Below, one piece after another: positions 1 through 12,395 of a stretch of 64,000 bases of DNA (within the stretch, counting starts at the first letter, position 1; each line of letters begins with the position of its first letter). The notes under the pieces were generated by a model. It did not search any database and had not been told where the DNA came from. It worked only from the letters and a program-made list of their open reading frames with translations. Both the position numbers and the translations under genes were made by a program. This stretch comes from Amphiscolops sp. MND2022 (taxonomy: Eukaryota): the NCBI GenBank assembly GCA_964187785.1, contig OZ076409.1, positions 24,058,001 to 24,122,000 of the forward strand, given 5' to 3'.

Positions 1-1
1 T

Positions 2-1255
2 AAAATTGACGAATTGGATCTCCATAATGATACTTCCGCGAAGGTATACAAAAACATGCACAAGAGGCGTCAGGACAAAATGGTCGAGGTTGGTTTGCTA
101 CAGCTGGAGGTCAAACGTTTACGTGACCTTTTGAACGCGAAAGCTGATGACGTGATGACCTTGGAGAAACGAAGACTTTGGGTGGACACCGCTCTGAAAG
201 AACGTCTGGAGGAAATTAATGTTCATCAAGGAATGTTGAAGGCCCAAATAAAAGCGGGCGAAGATGAAAGACAGACTATATCTGTGGAGCTGCATGAAAG
301 AATAGCAAAAATAGACAAACTGAGAAAGCGTTACGAAATTTTGATGACGTCAATGGCACCGCCCGAAGGCGAAGAGGAGAGATCGGCAGCTTATTACGTC
401 ATCAAAGCGGCCCAGGAGAAAGAAGAGCTGCAACGAAAAGGTGACATGTTGGATGCCAAAATCCGAAAAGCCGAGAAAGAGATCCGAGCGCTGGAAAATA
501 CACTTCGGCTTCTGAATGGAAGAAACGAGACTTACAGGAAGAGTTTCAACAGTGTTAAGGATACGAGTGAAGTCGTTGAAGATAAGGAAAAACTTGAGCA
601 GCAAAGAAGAACTGTTCTGGATAAAGTGAAGTATAAAAGACGCCAGCTTAGGGAGATTCAAGACGATCTTCATATGATGCAGACAAGTTTAGCTAGAGTT
701 CAGCAAGAAGATAGCGGCTTGAAGGGATTGAATGAGGAAAAAATCAAAAGGATACAAATGGTACAACAGGAAATAGTCGAACAGCAGGAAAAGATATCCA
801 GGGCCCAGAAAACTGTATCCAGGGAAGCAAGATCATTGCGACAGTCTAAACAGTCTAGCTCTCAGACGATTGAAGAACGAGATTTCGAGTTACGTGAGCT
901 CAGAGACTTCAATCGCAACGTTATGAAGCAGATTGCTGACATAATGGTCACAAATGCTTCCGCTGCTCCAGACATTTTGGTCATGTTCCGGCAAGCTGGT
1001 CTGGATGCCCCGCCGGGCTCTGCTACCAGCAGCAGAGCCTCTTCCCAGCTCAGTTCGGCCCGATCAGATCAGATACCCACAGGACGATCAGGCGCCGGCT
1101 CCGGACCAGGAACCCCAAAGGCCGTCATGTCACCCAAAACAGTCCAGATTGGACTGGGAGATGGACCGATGGGGAGCCCCAGCGGTTCCAGACCACCTGC
1201 CAAAGGAAGCGGAAGTCGGACTTCTTCTAGAGCAAGCGGAGGAAGCAAACGATGA
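2..1255 (+). CDS. CCDC39: Coiled-coil domain-containing protein 39 (axonemal ruler), C-terminal part; 5' end lies outside the window
   Basis: Frame is open from the window start to TGA at 1253-1255. Motifs [73 protein letters not shown] recognised as CCDC39; Ser-rich tail. Confidence 0.9.
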   Translation, partial: [417 protein letters not shown]

Positions 1256-2417
1256 GGGGCTGATAACTAGCAGATTTGCATCCCTAGAAATAACAGCACT
1301 AAAATTGTTCCAACCTGAACAACTCAAAATTTGATCTATTCTGACAATTAATATGGTATTGAGATGAAGCTTCATTGAAAAATTAAAAGTTTTCAAAAAA
1401 GGTTTGGTGAGATTGCATTTCCTTAGTTGCGTCCTAAACTTCATTGGAGAAGCTGCAGCAAGTTAAGAGCAGTTCAGAAAATGTAGAAATTTAGTGCTCC
1501 TTCTGAATTGCTCTTAACGTGTTTTGAATGTGGAATGCTTTACATATTTGAATGCAACGTAAAAGGTTATTTCAACGCTGGGTACTCAGACAAACTATTT
1601 GAATTTCCAGGAGCTTGTCAATTCCACAGGTTGGATGCAGAATTAGCAAAACGCTTTCTTCTGAGAGTAATCTCAATTAAGTGAAGTATGGTAGCACATC
1701 TGCAGCTAAGTGATTGCGAAATAGTCCATCTGAAGCTTTGGTTCCAAAATGATTTCCTCAAGGTCATGGAGGTCTGACTGACTGCTCGCCGTTGCTTTTT
1801 AGTTGAGCGACGCGTAAGCGGAGGGAAGTCTTTGCCGCGATCTGCGCTGAAATTTAAACGAATTGATCTGTTTTTTTATCATCCCGTCTGAAAATTCGAC
1901 ATCCTTCTCCGTTGTTTTTCTTCGAAACGTTATAACTCGAACCACGTTAATCGCAACGCTCTACTTTTTTTGAAAAAAACTCAGCGAGTTCGCAATTGGT
2001 CGTCGTGTAAGTTCAGTTGTTTCGGCGACAGAAACTTGAAAAATGATAAATTTGAGAGGGCAAATTTCTTAATTCTAATTAAGGGCTTTAACTTTAGCCA
2101 ATGAGCGTGAAAGTTATATGAATCGAAGGGACGAGAAGCCCCGCGAAGTTTCATGTAACTTGGGTTTTGAAAAAATTCCGCAACGGTGAAATTGGTCATT
2201 AATTTTAGGAATACTTCGCAGAATTTCTTTCTAAAATTATTATGAGCAAATGATTGAGCAATATGGTATCTTTTGGTCCTTTATGAGAAGCAATGCGCCA
2301 AGAAGCGCTGCAAATGTTCATATGTTCATGTAACTGGTATCGCCAGACAAATTTCTGGTACAGAGAAAAAGGCCGTTAGTTTTTAGAATAATTTCGCAAA
2401 ACTTCTTCAAAAGGTAC

Positions 2418-3740
2418 TGTCACAGGCTGCCGCGTGTGATGGCACCAGAATAACGACATCGACGACCGGACAGGAGGCAGTGGCAGGTACCTTGCCAATA
2501 TATTAAAACAAACTTAGACTGAGTCTCATTTTGTAATTTTTAGTATTTTACATGTGTTTGTTATGCAAAATTATTAGTCTGTTAACAATTGCGAAATTAT
2601 TCAAATTAAAGTTTGAATTGTTTACAGCGTTGGAATGTAAATTTGCTGTAAGATTTACAATTGCAATGCAAAAGTGAATTACTGCGTAGACACGGAAACG
2701 AGTTCAAATGAGATCCTGTACTTACACGGCAGCGAAACTTTCCGGCAAACGAGCAACCATTCACAGCTCTTCAAATATGTACGCAGTAATATTATTTGCC
2801 GGTTATGGCCGCTTAACTGTGCTTAAATGATGCTTGGTAAAATTTGGGAAATTGGCAATTAGCCGGTTCCGGCCAGACTATATATTTGTACCATTGCTCC
2901 ATTATTCTGCTTATGTTGCTCTTATTTCATAAATTGAGAGCGCAATTTTTACTAATGTGATGAAATACAATGAATATGTTTGTTGTGAATGTTACTTAGT
3001 TTGTGTGATGCTGTAAGTATCAGTCTTTGCACCGGTCCCCGGCGTTTGTTTGAAACAAACTCTGCGCTAGCTGGCCGAATTAGGCTACCACTTTAAATAA
3101 GCCCCTTACATGTAATTTGAAGTTTGCTCTATTCATATAGCCTTTTATGTCTCACGCATCAACGCGTGCTTGAAAATGATTGTGATGCATATTTGTAATA
3201 CCTTTTGCTATTTGTTGACATTGTTGAGAAGTTGTTTTGATTGATAATGAAGAGTTATTTGTTAGAAGTTGCTTTCAAAAGTTTGACCATTCCGTGTCTC
3301 CCTGTAGCTTTGATGTTCCTTGACGCTGATGCTCAAATGACCCTTCAGGAATGTAGTATCCAAGATTTATGTGATTGTCTTTTAACTTATGTATTTGTGA
3401 GGCTATTGATGATATGTAAAGAATGTGACTGTCATGCCTTGAAAGGTATGTATATGTATACAATCAGAGGATCACTCAAGAAATGAGTGACCTTTTGAGT
3501 ATTGTGAGTTCACAAATACAAAGAGCCATAAATGAGGCAATAAACGAACAAGTGTTGCCTTAAATCCAGGCTACTTTAAAGTCCGGACAAGGACAGTTAC
3601 CTAACAGAAGGTGGGACGTTCCGGCGAGAAGACCGGGATGTAGATCCGAAGAAACCCTAAATTGTAAATTTAGAAGCAGTTCAAGAGATGAGCTCCCTAG
3701 GGACTTAAACAGAAACAGGACCTAGAGAACACTCATTTCA
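2418..3740 (+). mobile_element. Probable solo LTR (~1.3 kb)
   Basis: Starts TGTCA like the LTRs of A and B, ends TTTCA, and is flanked by a 5-bp direct repeat GGTAC (2413-2417 and 3741-3745). Strand is tentative. Confidence 0.55.
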
Positions 3741-4427
3741 GGTACTGAGAGCAAAATTAATCCTCAAAAAAGGTAGTTTTTCCCAAAAGGTAGTGTGAAT
3801 TCTACTGATGCATATTCTACTAATGCCGTTAGCTGTATCTGTTTGGCTTCTCATAGGTTTTGCGTGCATACCGATGTCGTCCATGTTTAACCTCGTTTTC
3901 TTCGCTGAATGTATTTTTGTAATGACAATACCACTAAGCAAAAAACGAAAGACTTGCTGCAGGCCTAATACTTACGAGAGGGTTTCGAACCTCATACCAA
4001 CTTGATACAAACCGAATGCTCTAACCAGCACACAATGCTGCCCAAAACTTGAGAATTTGACATTTTGACATAGTTTTAAAGAAAAAAATTCTCCTACAAA
4101 AGTATTCTAAGTAACTGATACTCGTGTGTTTTTCAACTCTCCTAATGCTTCAGGAAAACCACGAATTGCACAAAAACTGCAGAAAACACTCGAATTTTAA
4201 AAGTTCGTAGTATCTGTATCCTTAGTAGCTAGATATGAGCTCTGTGAGTTTTCATATTAAAAACAACGACTGAATCTTAGTGGATTTTATACACACCAAA
4301 ATTTGCAATAGTTGCACCAAAATTGCATATTTTGATCAATGTTTTTAAAGAACGTTCACCCTGTTGGGACATTTCAGGGGCAAAGCAAAGCCTGAAATCT
4401 ATCTTCATATAGATGTGAAAATTATGA

Positions 4428-4687
4428 AAAAAATTGAAAAGTCTCATAATGCCAAAAAAACTGAAGGGGGGCCTTTGGTCTCATCCGGTATTGTATGTTA
4501 CGCGGGAAACCTTTTTGGTTCAGTTCGATGGGCCAACGGGTACAGTTTGGCGTCTTTTTGAAATTTTGTAAACGTTTGGGGTAGAACTATTTTGGTCATT
4601 CAGGTGTATCGAAAAAAAATTTCAAAAGCACTGACGAAAAGCCATGACTATAGTCGACTCTTTTCTCTAGAAAAGCGCCGACTAAAA
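4428..4687 (+). repeat. Partial copy of an interspersed repeat family (same as 11901-12395)
   Basis: Shares AAAAGTCnCAnAnTGCCnAAAA..GGGGGCCnTTTGGTCTC and the 3' end hairpin ...AGTCG..TTTT..AAAAGCGCCGACTAAAAA with 11901-12395. Confidence 0.6.
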
Positions 4688-6454
4688 ACAGACACCAATC
4701 ATACAAAACTAAATGCAACTTTGTTAGACATCAATACATAAACATAATTCGTGTAATATCAAAATTCTAAATAATATTTCTAATTTATTTTGATATTGCG
4801 CTTCGCACTTGCCAATTCTATTCTCAAATGAGATGTTTTGTTCTTAAACCTTCTCACAGCCTACTTCCATGTCTAAAGCATTTTTTAAACAAGCGACATT
4901 GTAATGTTGAGTCTTTAATCTTTATTGCCGTCTATTTCATTTTTAGTCTACAACAATATTCAAAAATAGAGTTTCAATCACAGAGTTCGATGACAAAAAC
5001 TCACGTGAGTGAAAACATTTGAGCATTTTGAAATGAAAACGTGCAAGAATGGTAAGGTTTTTGACCTCTTGAACCAAAATGTGTATGATTTTTTTGTTAT
5101 TGTTTATTTATTGTTTTTCACGGCATGAATTTTCTCAGAGTTTAAAGACAAAACAGCCAGTCTTTCAACTATTTTTCTGTCAAAAAGTGCCTAGAATGAC
5201 TTGAAATTGACACTTTTAAATTGTGTGTTGATATCAGTGTTTTTATTGGCTGTGCTCGTGTTTTTCATGTTTAATAAATGGTGAATGAATAGTTGATCAG
5301 TTTTGTGTCACTTTTGTCATCAAGATTTAGTATCATCAGTAGAGGGACACAATTTGACTGAAGTTTCACTGATTTTTGACTTTTTTTGACTTTATGAAAA
5401 GTACATGAGAAAAAATTTTGCAGGTCTTTCTGCATGATAATGATTGGAACAGAACACAAAAGACTTGTTGAGCTTATCTGGCAGAGAGTTTGGTTATCGA
5501 CACATAGTTTTTAAATTTTGAAAACTGCCTTCCACGGAGCATGCAGTTGCAGAACAGTTCAGGGAAAACCTAAACACCAAAGGTGATTTCTGGTCGAGTA
5601 CAGTTTATAAATTCCAAAAAAAATCCTGACGGAGAAGTTCAACTTTACTGCTTTAATGCGCAAGGGTTGTCCAATTCACATATTTTTGACATTTCATGTA
5701 ATCTTCAACCTTATTTTGATCATATAGACTTTCTCGACTTTGGGGTTCCCTTAATTAACAGGAGTACTGAAGTGCTCAATTCTCGAATACTATGAGCTCT
5801 GAACATCTTTGCGTACACAAGTAACGAGTTTCTATGAACTGTATTGAAAACCTTCGCCCGATTTTTGTAAAAAGCTAACTATTCCGCCGTGAATCAACAA
5901 AAAACGAATAGAACACCTTATTTTATCCAAAACATCAGTTGTGAGCAGAGAGGTAAGTTTCTTGTCTTTTTCGACGTCAAATATCCCCATAAAAATATCT
6001 TTATTTATGCTTTTGAAAATCTGTTCATTCTTAGTCATCTCAATTGAGAATCAGAAACGATAGATTGTGTTCAGAAACTTCACAATTCTTTTGACATGAA
6101 AACCAAGTTTTGTAACTGTGAATTTTTGTCGTTCAAAAAATATGGCTTCAAAATCATATTCAAATGTGCAAATGAACGGTAACGTCTGACTTAAAATTGG
6201 AGAAAATTTGAAATTGAACACCAAGTTTTCCCCAAAGCGTAAAAAATAGCATTGACTACGTCAGTGCTAAGATAAAGCCAATTGATAACACGAATTTTTG
6301 ATACTTCGCCCGTTTGTTATATGTTCACCCGATACTGTTTTAGTTCTGGGACCATGTGATCTATTCCCCCCCAAACTGCGGCGGGGGGGAATAATACAGT
6401 AGGTTCAAATACTAGTTTTAAACGAATTCATTATGTCGACGTAACATTTTAAAT

Positions 6455-6833
6455 GGGGACTCTTCAATTCGTCGAACATTCAATTCGTCGAACACGTATT
6501 AATTTAGCGACCATGGTATGACGTAATGGAATGAATTCATTTCGGCCAATCAAATTCGAGCATTCAAAATTACGATAACGTAGTCAGATATGTTCACATA
6601 CCCCTAGTGCCCTAAATGCAGGAGCGAAGCGAAGCGGAGCGACGTGCCATATGGCCATGCCTCGATGTTGCTACTTGGCGAAGGGAGCGAAGCGACCGAG
6701 CCATACAACAAATATGTTATTCGCCACAAAATATAACCAAATGAAAATAATCGCTGATATGGAATTCTTTCGACGAATTGAATAGCTTTGCTTTTTTCGA
6801 CGATTTGAATGTTCGACGAATTGAATAGGCACC
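6455..6833. mobile_element. MITE nested in the Merlin element (Mutator- or Merlin-like)
   Basis: ~38-bp TIRs with tandem TTCAATTCGTCGAACA units; 9-bp TSD ATTTTAAAT (6446-6454, 6834-6842). Confidence 0.8.
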
Positions 6834-6963
6834 ATTTTAAATAGTCAAATACCATTATGTCGACATCGTTGCGTTGAAATTTTAGTCCAATAAAATTATT
6901 GATGTCGACATAATCATATCTTTTACATTGATTGACAGTTAAAATCAATCATTATTCTTTGAA

Positions 6964-7260
6964 ATGTGCTTCCAAACGGACATACTTCCATATTTACAAA
7001 ACTACGAACTTTGCATTCAGCATTTAAAAAATTTGGGTCTTTTGCCACGAAGTTTAAATTGTCCCATCTGCAAAAATTGTCTGTTTTGGACAAGATATGA
7101 AAAAGTCAAGGATGGTTTTGGCTGGAAGTGTCAAAATGGAAATTGTGCGAAATTCAAAAGTATTTTTTCTATTCGCACGGGAAGTTTTTTCGCCCAAAGC
7201 AATATTCAGTTATCAAAATGGTTACATTTAATTTACCTACAAATTTACATTTATTTGTAA
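6964..7260 (+). pseudogene. Merlin transposase N-terminal Zn-ribbon fragment; no catalytic domain
   Basis: CPIC...DGFGWKC...C...SIRTGSFF..S pattern typical of Merlin/ISXO2-like transposases; truncated inside the TIRs. Confidence 0.75.
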
Positions 7261-9112
7261 GCATATCAACTTGTTTTATTCATTCAATAATTAATATACT
7301 TGTGAAAAAGCCGTTTTCGTTTTTTTTTGGGGGGGGGGGGATTCCTAACAAGGTGTACCTGGGGGGAAATAGATCACATGGTCCTAGTTCTGTTGTTCAA
7401 CTCCAAACATTATTCACAACCTTGGTGAAGAACTTCGTTACTGCTGGCATTGTAAATCCGAATTGCTTTATTGTCTTGTAAGTTTGTCATCATGACGGCA
7501 TTCCATTTGTATCATTCCTTTAAAGTTGAACTCAACGTGTTGCTTAGGGATTATACATGTATGACAGCTGTTCGAAACACCAACTCCCTTCACCATCGAC
7601 ATTTGTAGTCATCTCGATCCGCAATAGCTCGAGTAACTATTACCTTATTGCTTTGTTTGATGTTGACAGATTTCCAACAGCCATCCTTATTCGTGCATTG
7701 TTTTTGCAATGTTGAAAATTTTTCTTTCCTTGCTCTTTTTTGGTTATACGCTTGAAGTCGACTACTAAACCCTGTTGTCGCCTGTTTTCGAAAAAATCAG
7801 TGGAACATTCGCTAATCTCTGTCAATCATTTGATTGACATCTCATTCTTCTCCCTGTGGAGTGGATTTAGCTCGAACATTACGTGATTTGAGCCCTCTGT
7901 TTATTCAGTTGATTACACCTGTTCAAAAAAGGTGCGTTTATATAGCATCTTCAAATATTTTCAACAATCTGGAGTTAGCGAAAAAACGGATTCAACTCTC
8001 TGTTCTTCCATCCTTATTTGTCCTATATAGGAAAGAGTTCCAAGAAGCCACACAACGAGTTATTACTGGCTCCAGTGTACTAATTTTTTGTGAGTTCATT
8101 CCTAAGACACTTTGTATGTCTAATAACAAAGGAAACTGGCCTCACTCTGGTCACGGTAATCTTGTAACTAAGCCGCTGGTTCACGGTAATCTTGTAACTA
8201 AGCCTCAATTCTCATTTCAGTGATCCAGTATAAACAAATTTTCCGATAATTCTTCCTATATTGCTATCTCTTTTGCTTTGTACTTAGACAAAGCTATTCA
8301 ATGATACGCAATTAGTATTTGAACAATTTCAAGTGAGAATACATTTTCTGGGTGGGAGAAATATGTTTTTCGACCAATCAGATTTCTTGTATTTAAATAT
8401 AAATCTGAGGTTCCTTCATTGAATTTTACGACTGAAAAAACAAGTTCGCAGCGAATGTAATTTCGGGGAAAATGCTCAAGGAAACAAGTCCCCAAACAAA
8501 AAGTGCTGGAAATTTTTGTTTTTTGAAAGTTGTATGCACGGTTTGTGCATTTTTTAATCAATTTTTTGGGCGATAAACCGAGAGAAAGCAGAAAATCTAC
8601 GGCAAACCATACTCCTCAAAGTGAAATCTGGAAGAAACAGTTTCCTATAAGTATTGAAAATACCAAAAGTGTCCATTTTCAAATTAATATGAACTTTTTG
8701 TGCAAGATCTGTAACTGTTTGACTACGCTCGAGTCCTGAAAATATACTGTCGCTATAGAATTTCAGGGCGGAAACTGTTCAGGTGCTCAGATAAATTTTG
8801 TCATTTATAAATTTTCTTCCATTTTGAGAGGAGTCTAGTTTTCTCTTCATGGTCTGAGAGAGTGTTTTTCCCAGCCGATTGGTGAACTCCTTTATTGCCT
8901 TTTTCTATCCTCCTTTGCGTGTCGTCCAACATCTTAAAGGGGCTGTGTATCATCACTTGGCATTGGTTTTAACTGCCAAAAATCAATTGAAAACAATTTA
9001 TTCATTTTTGTCGTGTCAAAATCTTATGAACTGAATATTAAGTAGAAAATATCCGCATACAAATATGGAATATAAAGAACTATGTCTAATTTTTGTATGT
9101 TTCTAGTTGCTA

Positions 9113-9643
9113 TCAAAACATTCCTGAGTTTATGAAGAAGTTGTTAGGGTATAAACTGCAGCTGGGCGGAGTCCCTGATTGGTGGATAAGAGATGACACC
9201 AAACTGTTATGGGGAGACCCTCCGAGGAGTCCTGGCACCCCAAACTGGGAAGAGGGGAGAGGAAAGTTCAGCAGGGAAGATGATGAAGTATCATAGGGGT
9301 ACATATTGTTCAAAGGAATACACGAATTATTAGCTCTGATCTCAGTTTTGTGGTAAGAAACTGTTGTCGGATGTTGTGACGTCATTTGATTATCCATTAC
9401 GTCATTAATAGCGTGTTTCGTGAGGTCATACAATGAAGTTTCCTTGAAGGTGCGGCGGGAAAAACAAGCAGGTACTGTCTCAAGCTGGCAGTATGAATTT
9501 TGTTGGGTGAGCGATGAAGGACTGTCTTTTGTGGCTCCAAAGAAGTGTTTGTTCTCTGGTGAGTTGCTAAGTTGTTCTTTGTCATCTTTGATTGGTCGAC
9601 GCCTTTTGTGTTTGGTTCGACGATTCTGGAACCATACTTTGAT
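9113..9643 (-). CDS. Vax: Vax homeobox gene, exon 3 (homeodomain helix 3 and C-terminus)
   Basis: Acceptor CCGCAG followed by IKVWFQNRRTKHKRR; phase 0 join to exon 2; ends at a stop codon. Confidence 0.88.
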   Translation of the reverse strand: MKVWFQNRRTKHKRRRPIKDDKEQLSNSPENKHFFGATKDSPSSLTQQNSYCQLETVPACFSRRTFKETSLYDLTKHAINDVMDNQMTSQHPTTVSYHKTEIRANNSCIPLNNMYPYDTSSSSLLNFPLPSSQFGVPGLLGGSPHNSLVSSLIHQSGTPPSCSLYPNNFFINSGMF

Positions 9644-10046
9644 CTGCGGCAATCAACTTCAAATCAATGTCTGAGGCTCAATTCTGTCGTTTTTGTTTTA
9701 AGAAAAATCCTGATACAGGTGGTTTTTTAATTTAGAAAACACGCAGCTTTTGTACTTCTCAGCACACATGAACTTTTTTGTTTTGCAATCCAATTGTTGT
9801 TTGATTTACTTATTTTTTTCTTTGCTTTTATGTAATTTCCAATTTTCGATGAGAAATCCATAACTTATTTTTTATAAAGCCATTCATACAAATCGAATAT
9901 TTCATAAGAACATAACATTTGGCTCCGGAAAATGTTTCTAGAAAAGTTCTCCATGGAAAATAACTTGAACTTTATTTGAATGAACAACAGAAAGAAACGA
10001 GCAGGTCAAGAGTTTCAGGTCACCAAGCGTTCAAAGGTCAACTAAC

Positions 10047-10234
10047 TTGTGTCTCACTTAGCCGCAAGCGTTGTGCCAACAGAGTCCTATCCCTGCCGAC
10101 CAAGTAGTGGGCCCTGGAAAACTCCTCTTCCAATCCAAACAGCTGTTCGGCTGTGAAACAGGTCCTGTCTCTCTTGGGTCTGTCTATGTCCAATCCCATC
10201 GGCAGCACCAACTCTTTGGATCCCCCGTTATTAT
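10047..10234 (-). CDS. Vax: Vax homeobox gene, exon 2
   Basis: Translates (D)[62 protein letters not shown], matching the Vax-specific pre-homeodomain motif (E(I/L)(I/V)LPxGLDxDRPKR). AG acceptor, GTTAGT donor. Not in the ORF track. Confidence 0.9.
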
Positions 10235-10591
10235 CTAACAGAGACGTACTTCACAATCTAAGCTACTCACTTTAAATCTGATTTTACTTAACTGGTTTAT
10301 ACCTAGATATTTCAATTCTTTTTAGAATCCAGTCACTAGTTTTAAAAGCCAAGTACTGAGGTTGTAATCAATAATTTCGTAATTAACTTACATTCCAGCA
10401 AGAAAACAATTTGCGTAAAACCAATGTTTTCATGGCCTCTAATTTACGTGTGATCAAATTTGGTCTTCAAAAATCTCGTTTTTCGAAGTTTTTCTTCATA
10501 AATTTGAAAAAAAAACATTTTTTCGGAAATTAGCAATACTGCTGCAGATGATTCTGCCCTTTCCATGTTTTTTGTTACAAAAACAACTTAC

Positions 10592-10652
10592 CTCTGACGA
10601 GAAGTTTGCGTAAATTATTCTGTTGAGATTGATTCTCGCAACGATTCTGCAT
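10592..10652 (-). CDS. Vax: Vax homeobox gene, first identifiable coding exon
   Basis: MQNRCENQSQQNNLRKLLVR + G|GTAAGT; phase 1 join restores the conserved Vax R(K/R)(I/L)LVRD. An additional upstream exon cannot be excluded. Confidence 0.8.
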
Positions 10653-11136
10653 AATTGTACAAGTTATTACTAATTACAAAAACAGTGGCAAAATGAATCT
10701 ACTCCAATCTAATATCTTAACTGGTTATTAGTTTTTGACGAGTGTCGAGAGTCGACTTTATCTTTGTTTTGCATCTAAATTGAATTGAGTCAATTGATTT
10801 CATTCGTCAATTAGTGAAAAATTTATCACAATTCAGAATAAAATCATTCGATTAAACATTTTCAACAATTATTGTGGCTTCTCAACAGCAACATAGTTCT
10901 TCTTGTCAAGTTTTTGTCATCATTGACCTGCTAGTTGATTGAAGACTTAATGTCACTTCAAATCGCATCAACAATAACCAACTTTCATCCATCAAACCAA
11001 AATTTTTCAAAAAAACTTCTATTAGGCAGTGTTTTCTGTGATTGAAGTTTCCAATATCTCGGTCAGTTTACGTTGATGATAGTTTGAAAATTTTGGCTTG
11101 TTTGGAGTTGTTATTCTCCTTTCCAATCAAATAAAC

Positions 11137-11208
11137 TTTTCTTTCTTTCTTTCTGTCTTTCTTTCTTTCGTTCTTTCTTTCTTTCTTTCGTTCTTTCTTG
11201 TTTTCTTT
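11137..11208. repeat. (CTTT)n imperfect microsatellite
   Basis: Visible directly, ~0.5 kb upstream of the Vax ATG. Confidence 0.85.
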
Positions 11209-11900
11209 GCTGTTGCTGAAAAGCGAACTCTTTCATTTCAGCAACAACGGAAAAAGTAAGCCAAATTTTTAAAAACCATTTTTGTATATTGGCGTTTTAT
11301 AACTCCTTTCATGGCTTAGAACTCCTGTCGATTTTGCATCTTGAAAAACTACTTTGAAGACGTAGATGGAGATTGCTGGTTAATAAGACGGGCAATAAAA
11401 TGAATACTCGCAAAAAGTTGAAATCAAGACTGTCAGTGGGATTGATTTCTTCATATGATATTCAGTTACATGGAACATCTAGAGTATTCTAGAAATCGCA
11501 ACGTTAACAAGCCAGGAAGAAAATGTTTTCTGGAACAGAAAAATAACATTTGTAAAACTTTCGCTGTGCATTTGGTCATACCATATTCCTTTATAACGTG
11601 TTCGATAATGACGTATTCAGTTTGGTTATAAACAAATTGACTATTTGAAACTAAGTACAAATTGTATGAATGTAATTTATAGTTTAATTACCAAGTTTTT
11701 ACTATATATCAAGTTTAAATAAAGTTGAAGCATACCCGGGGTGATAACCCAACGTAACCCACACATTTTCCATCGCTGCCCCACCTGTGACGCTTTATTG
11801 TTCGTGGAATTTAGAGAATTTTTTGTCCTGACTGGATAATCTACCATTGTTGGGCCTTGAGCAAGTCCTTCATCCCTAGTTTAGTGGCATGGGCAGTGAC

Positions 11901-12395
11901 AAACAAGACGGGAACGTCCCAAGTCGGTGCCATATCTAAGGCTCAAAAATATTCAAGGAACAACTATTGGAAACATTTGGAAAAAATTAATATTTTTTCA
12001 AATAAAGTATTTTGTTAAAAAAGTCGCACAATGCCGAAAAACCCAAAGAGAGGTCATTTAGGCTCATTAAACGTTTTTTACAAACCTAAAACTTCAAAAA
12101 AAGCAAGGAGGTACCCTTTGATAAAATTCGAAAATTTTCGAAAAAAAAGTCGCATAGTGCCGAACAAAAACCCAAAGGGGGGCCCTTTGGTCTCACTTGT
12201 ACTTTTGGAAGCATAAAAAATTATGGTTTACTGCGAGAATCGAACCCACGCTCTCCGGGTTCAGAAAATTGGTCGAAGTTGAACAAATGACCAAATTGTA
12301 AAAAGTGGACCACTCAGAGTAAGATTGTCAACTGAAAAAAATACTCATTGTAAAGTCGGGCTTTTTTCCTTAAGGGAAAAGGCGCCGACTAAAAA
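11901..12395 (+). mobile_element. Non-autonomous interspersed element, Helentron/HINE (DINE-1)-like layout
   Basis: Starts AAACAAG; subterminal AGTCGGTGCC is inverted relative to the 3' GGCGCCGACT; 3' hairpin AGTCGGGCTTTTTTCC-TTAA-GGGAAAAGGCGCCGACT. Related AGTCGCAnAGTGCCGAAAA cores near 4440, 39635, 56705 (reverse) and 60885. Confidence 0.5.

Larger units (their letters stand above)
6349..7384 (+). mobile_element. Merlin (ISXO2-like) DNA transposon, internally deleted
   Basis: TIRs GGACCATGTGATCTATTcCCCCCC / GGGGGGaAATAGATCACATGGTCC; perfect 8-bp TSD TAGTTCTG (6341-6348, 7385-7392); contains a transposase N-terminal fragment. Confidence 0.85.

Noticed and set aside
350..1444. ORFs overlapping CCDC39 in other frames or strand
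   Set aside because: Shadow ORFs of the real CDS.
7640..8223. Short ORFs and a ~30-bp tandem duplication (8147-8204) downstream of Vax
   Set aside because: No recognisable homology or consistent splice structure.
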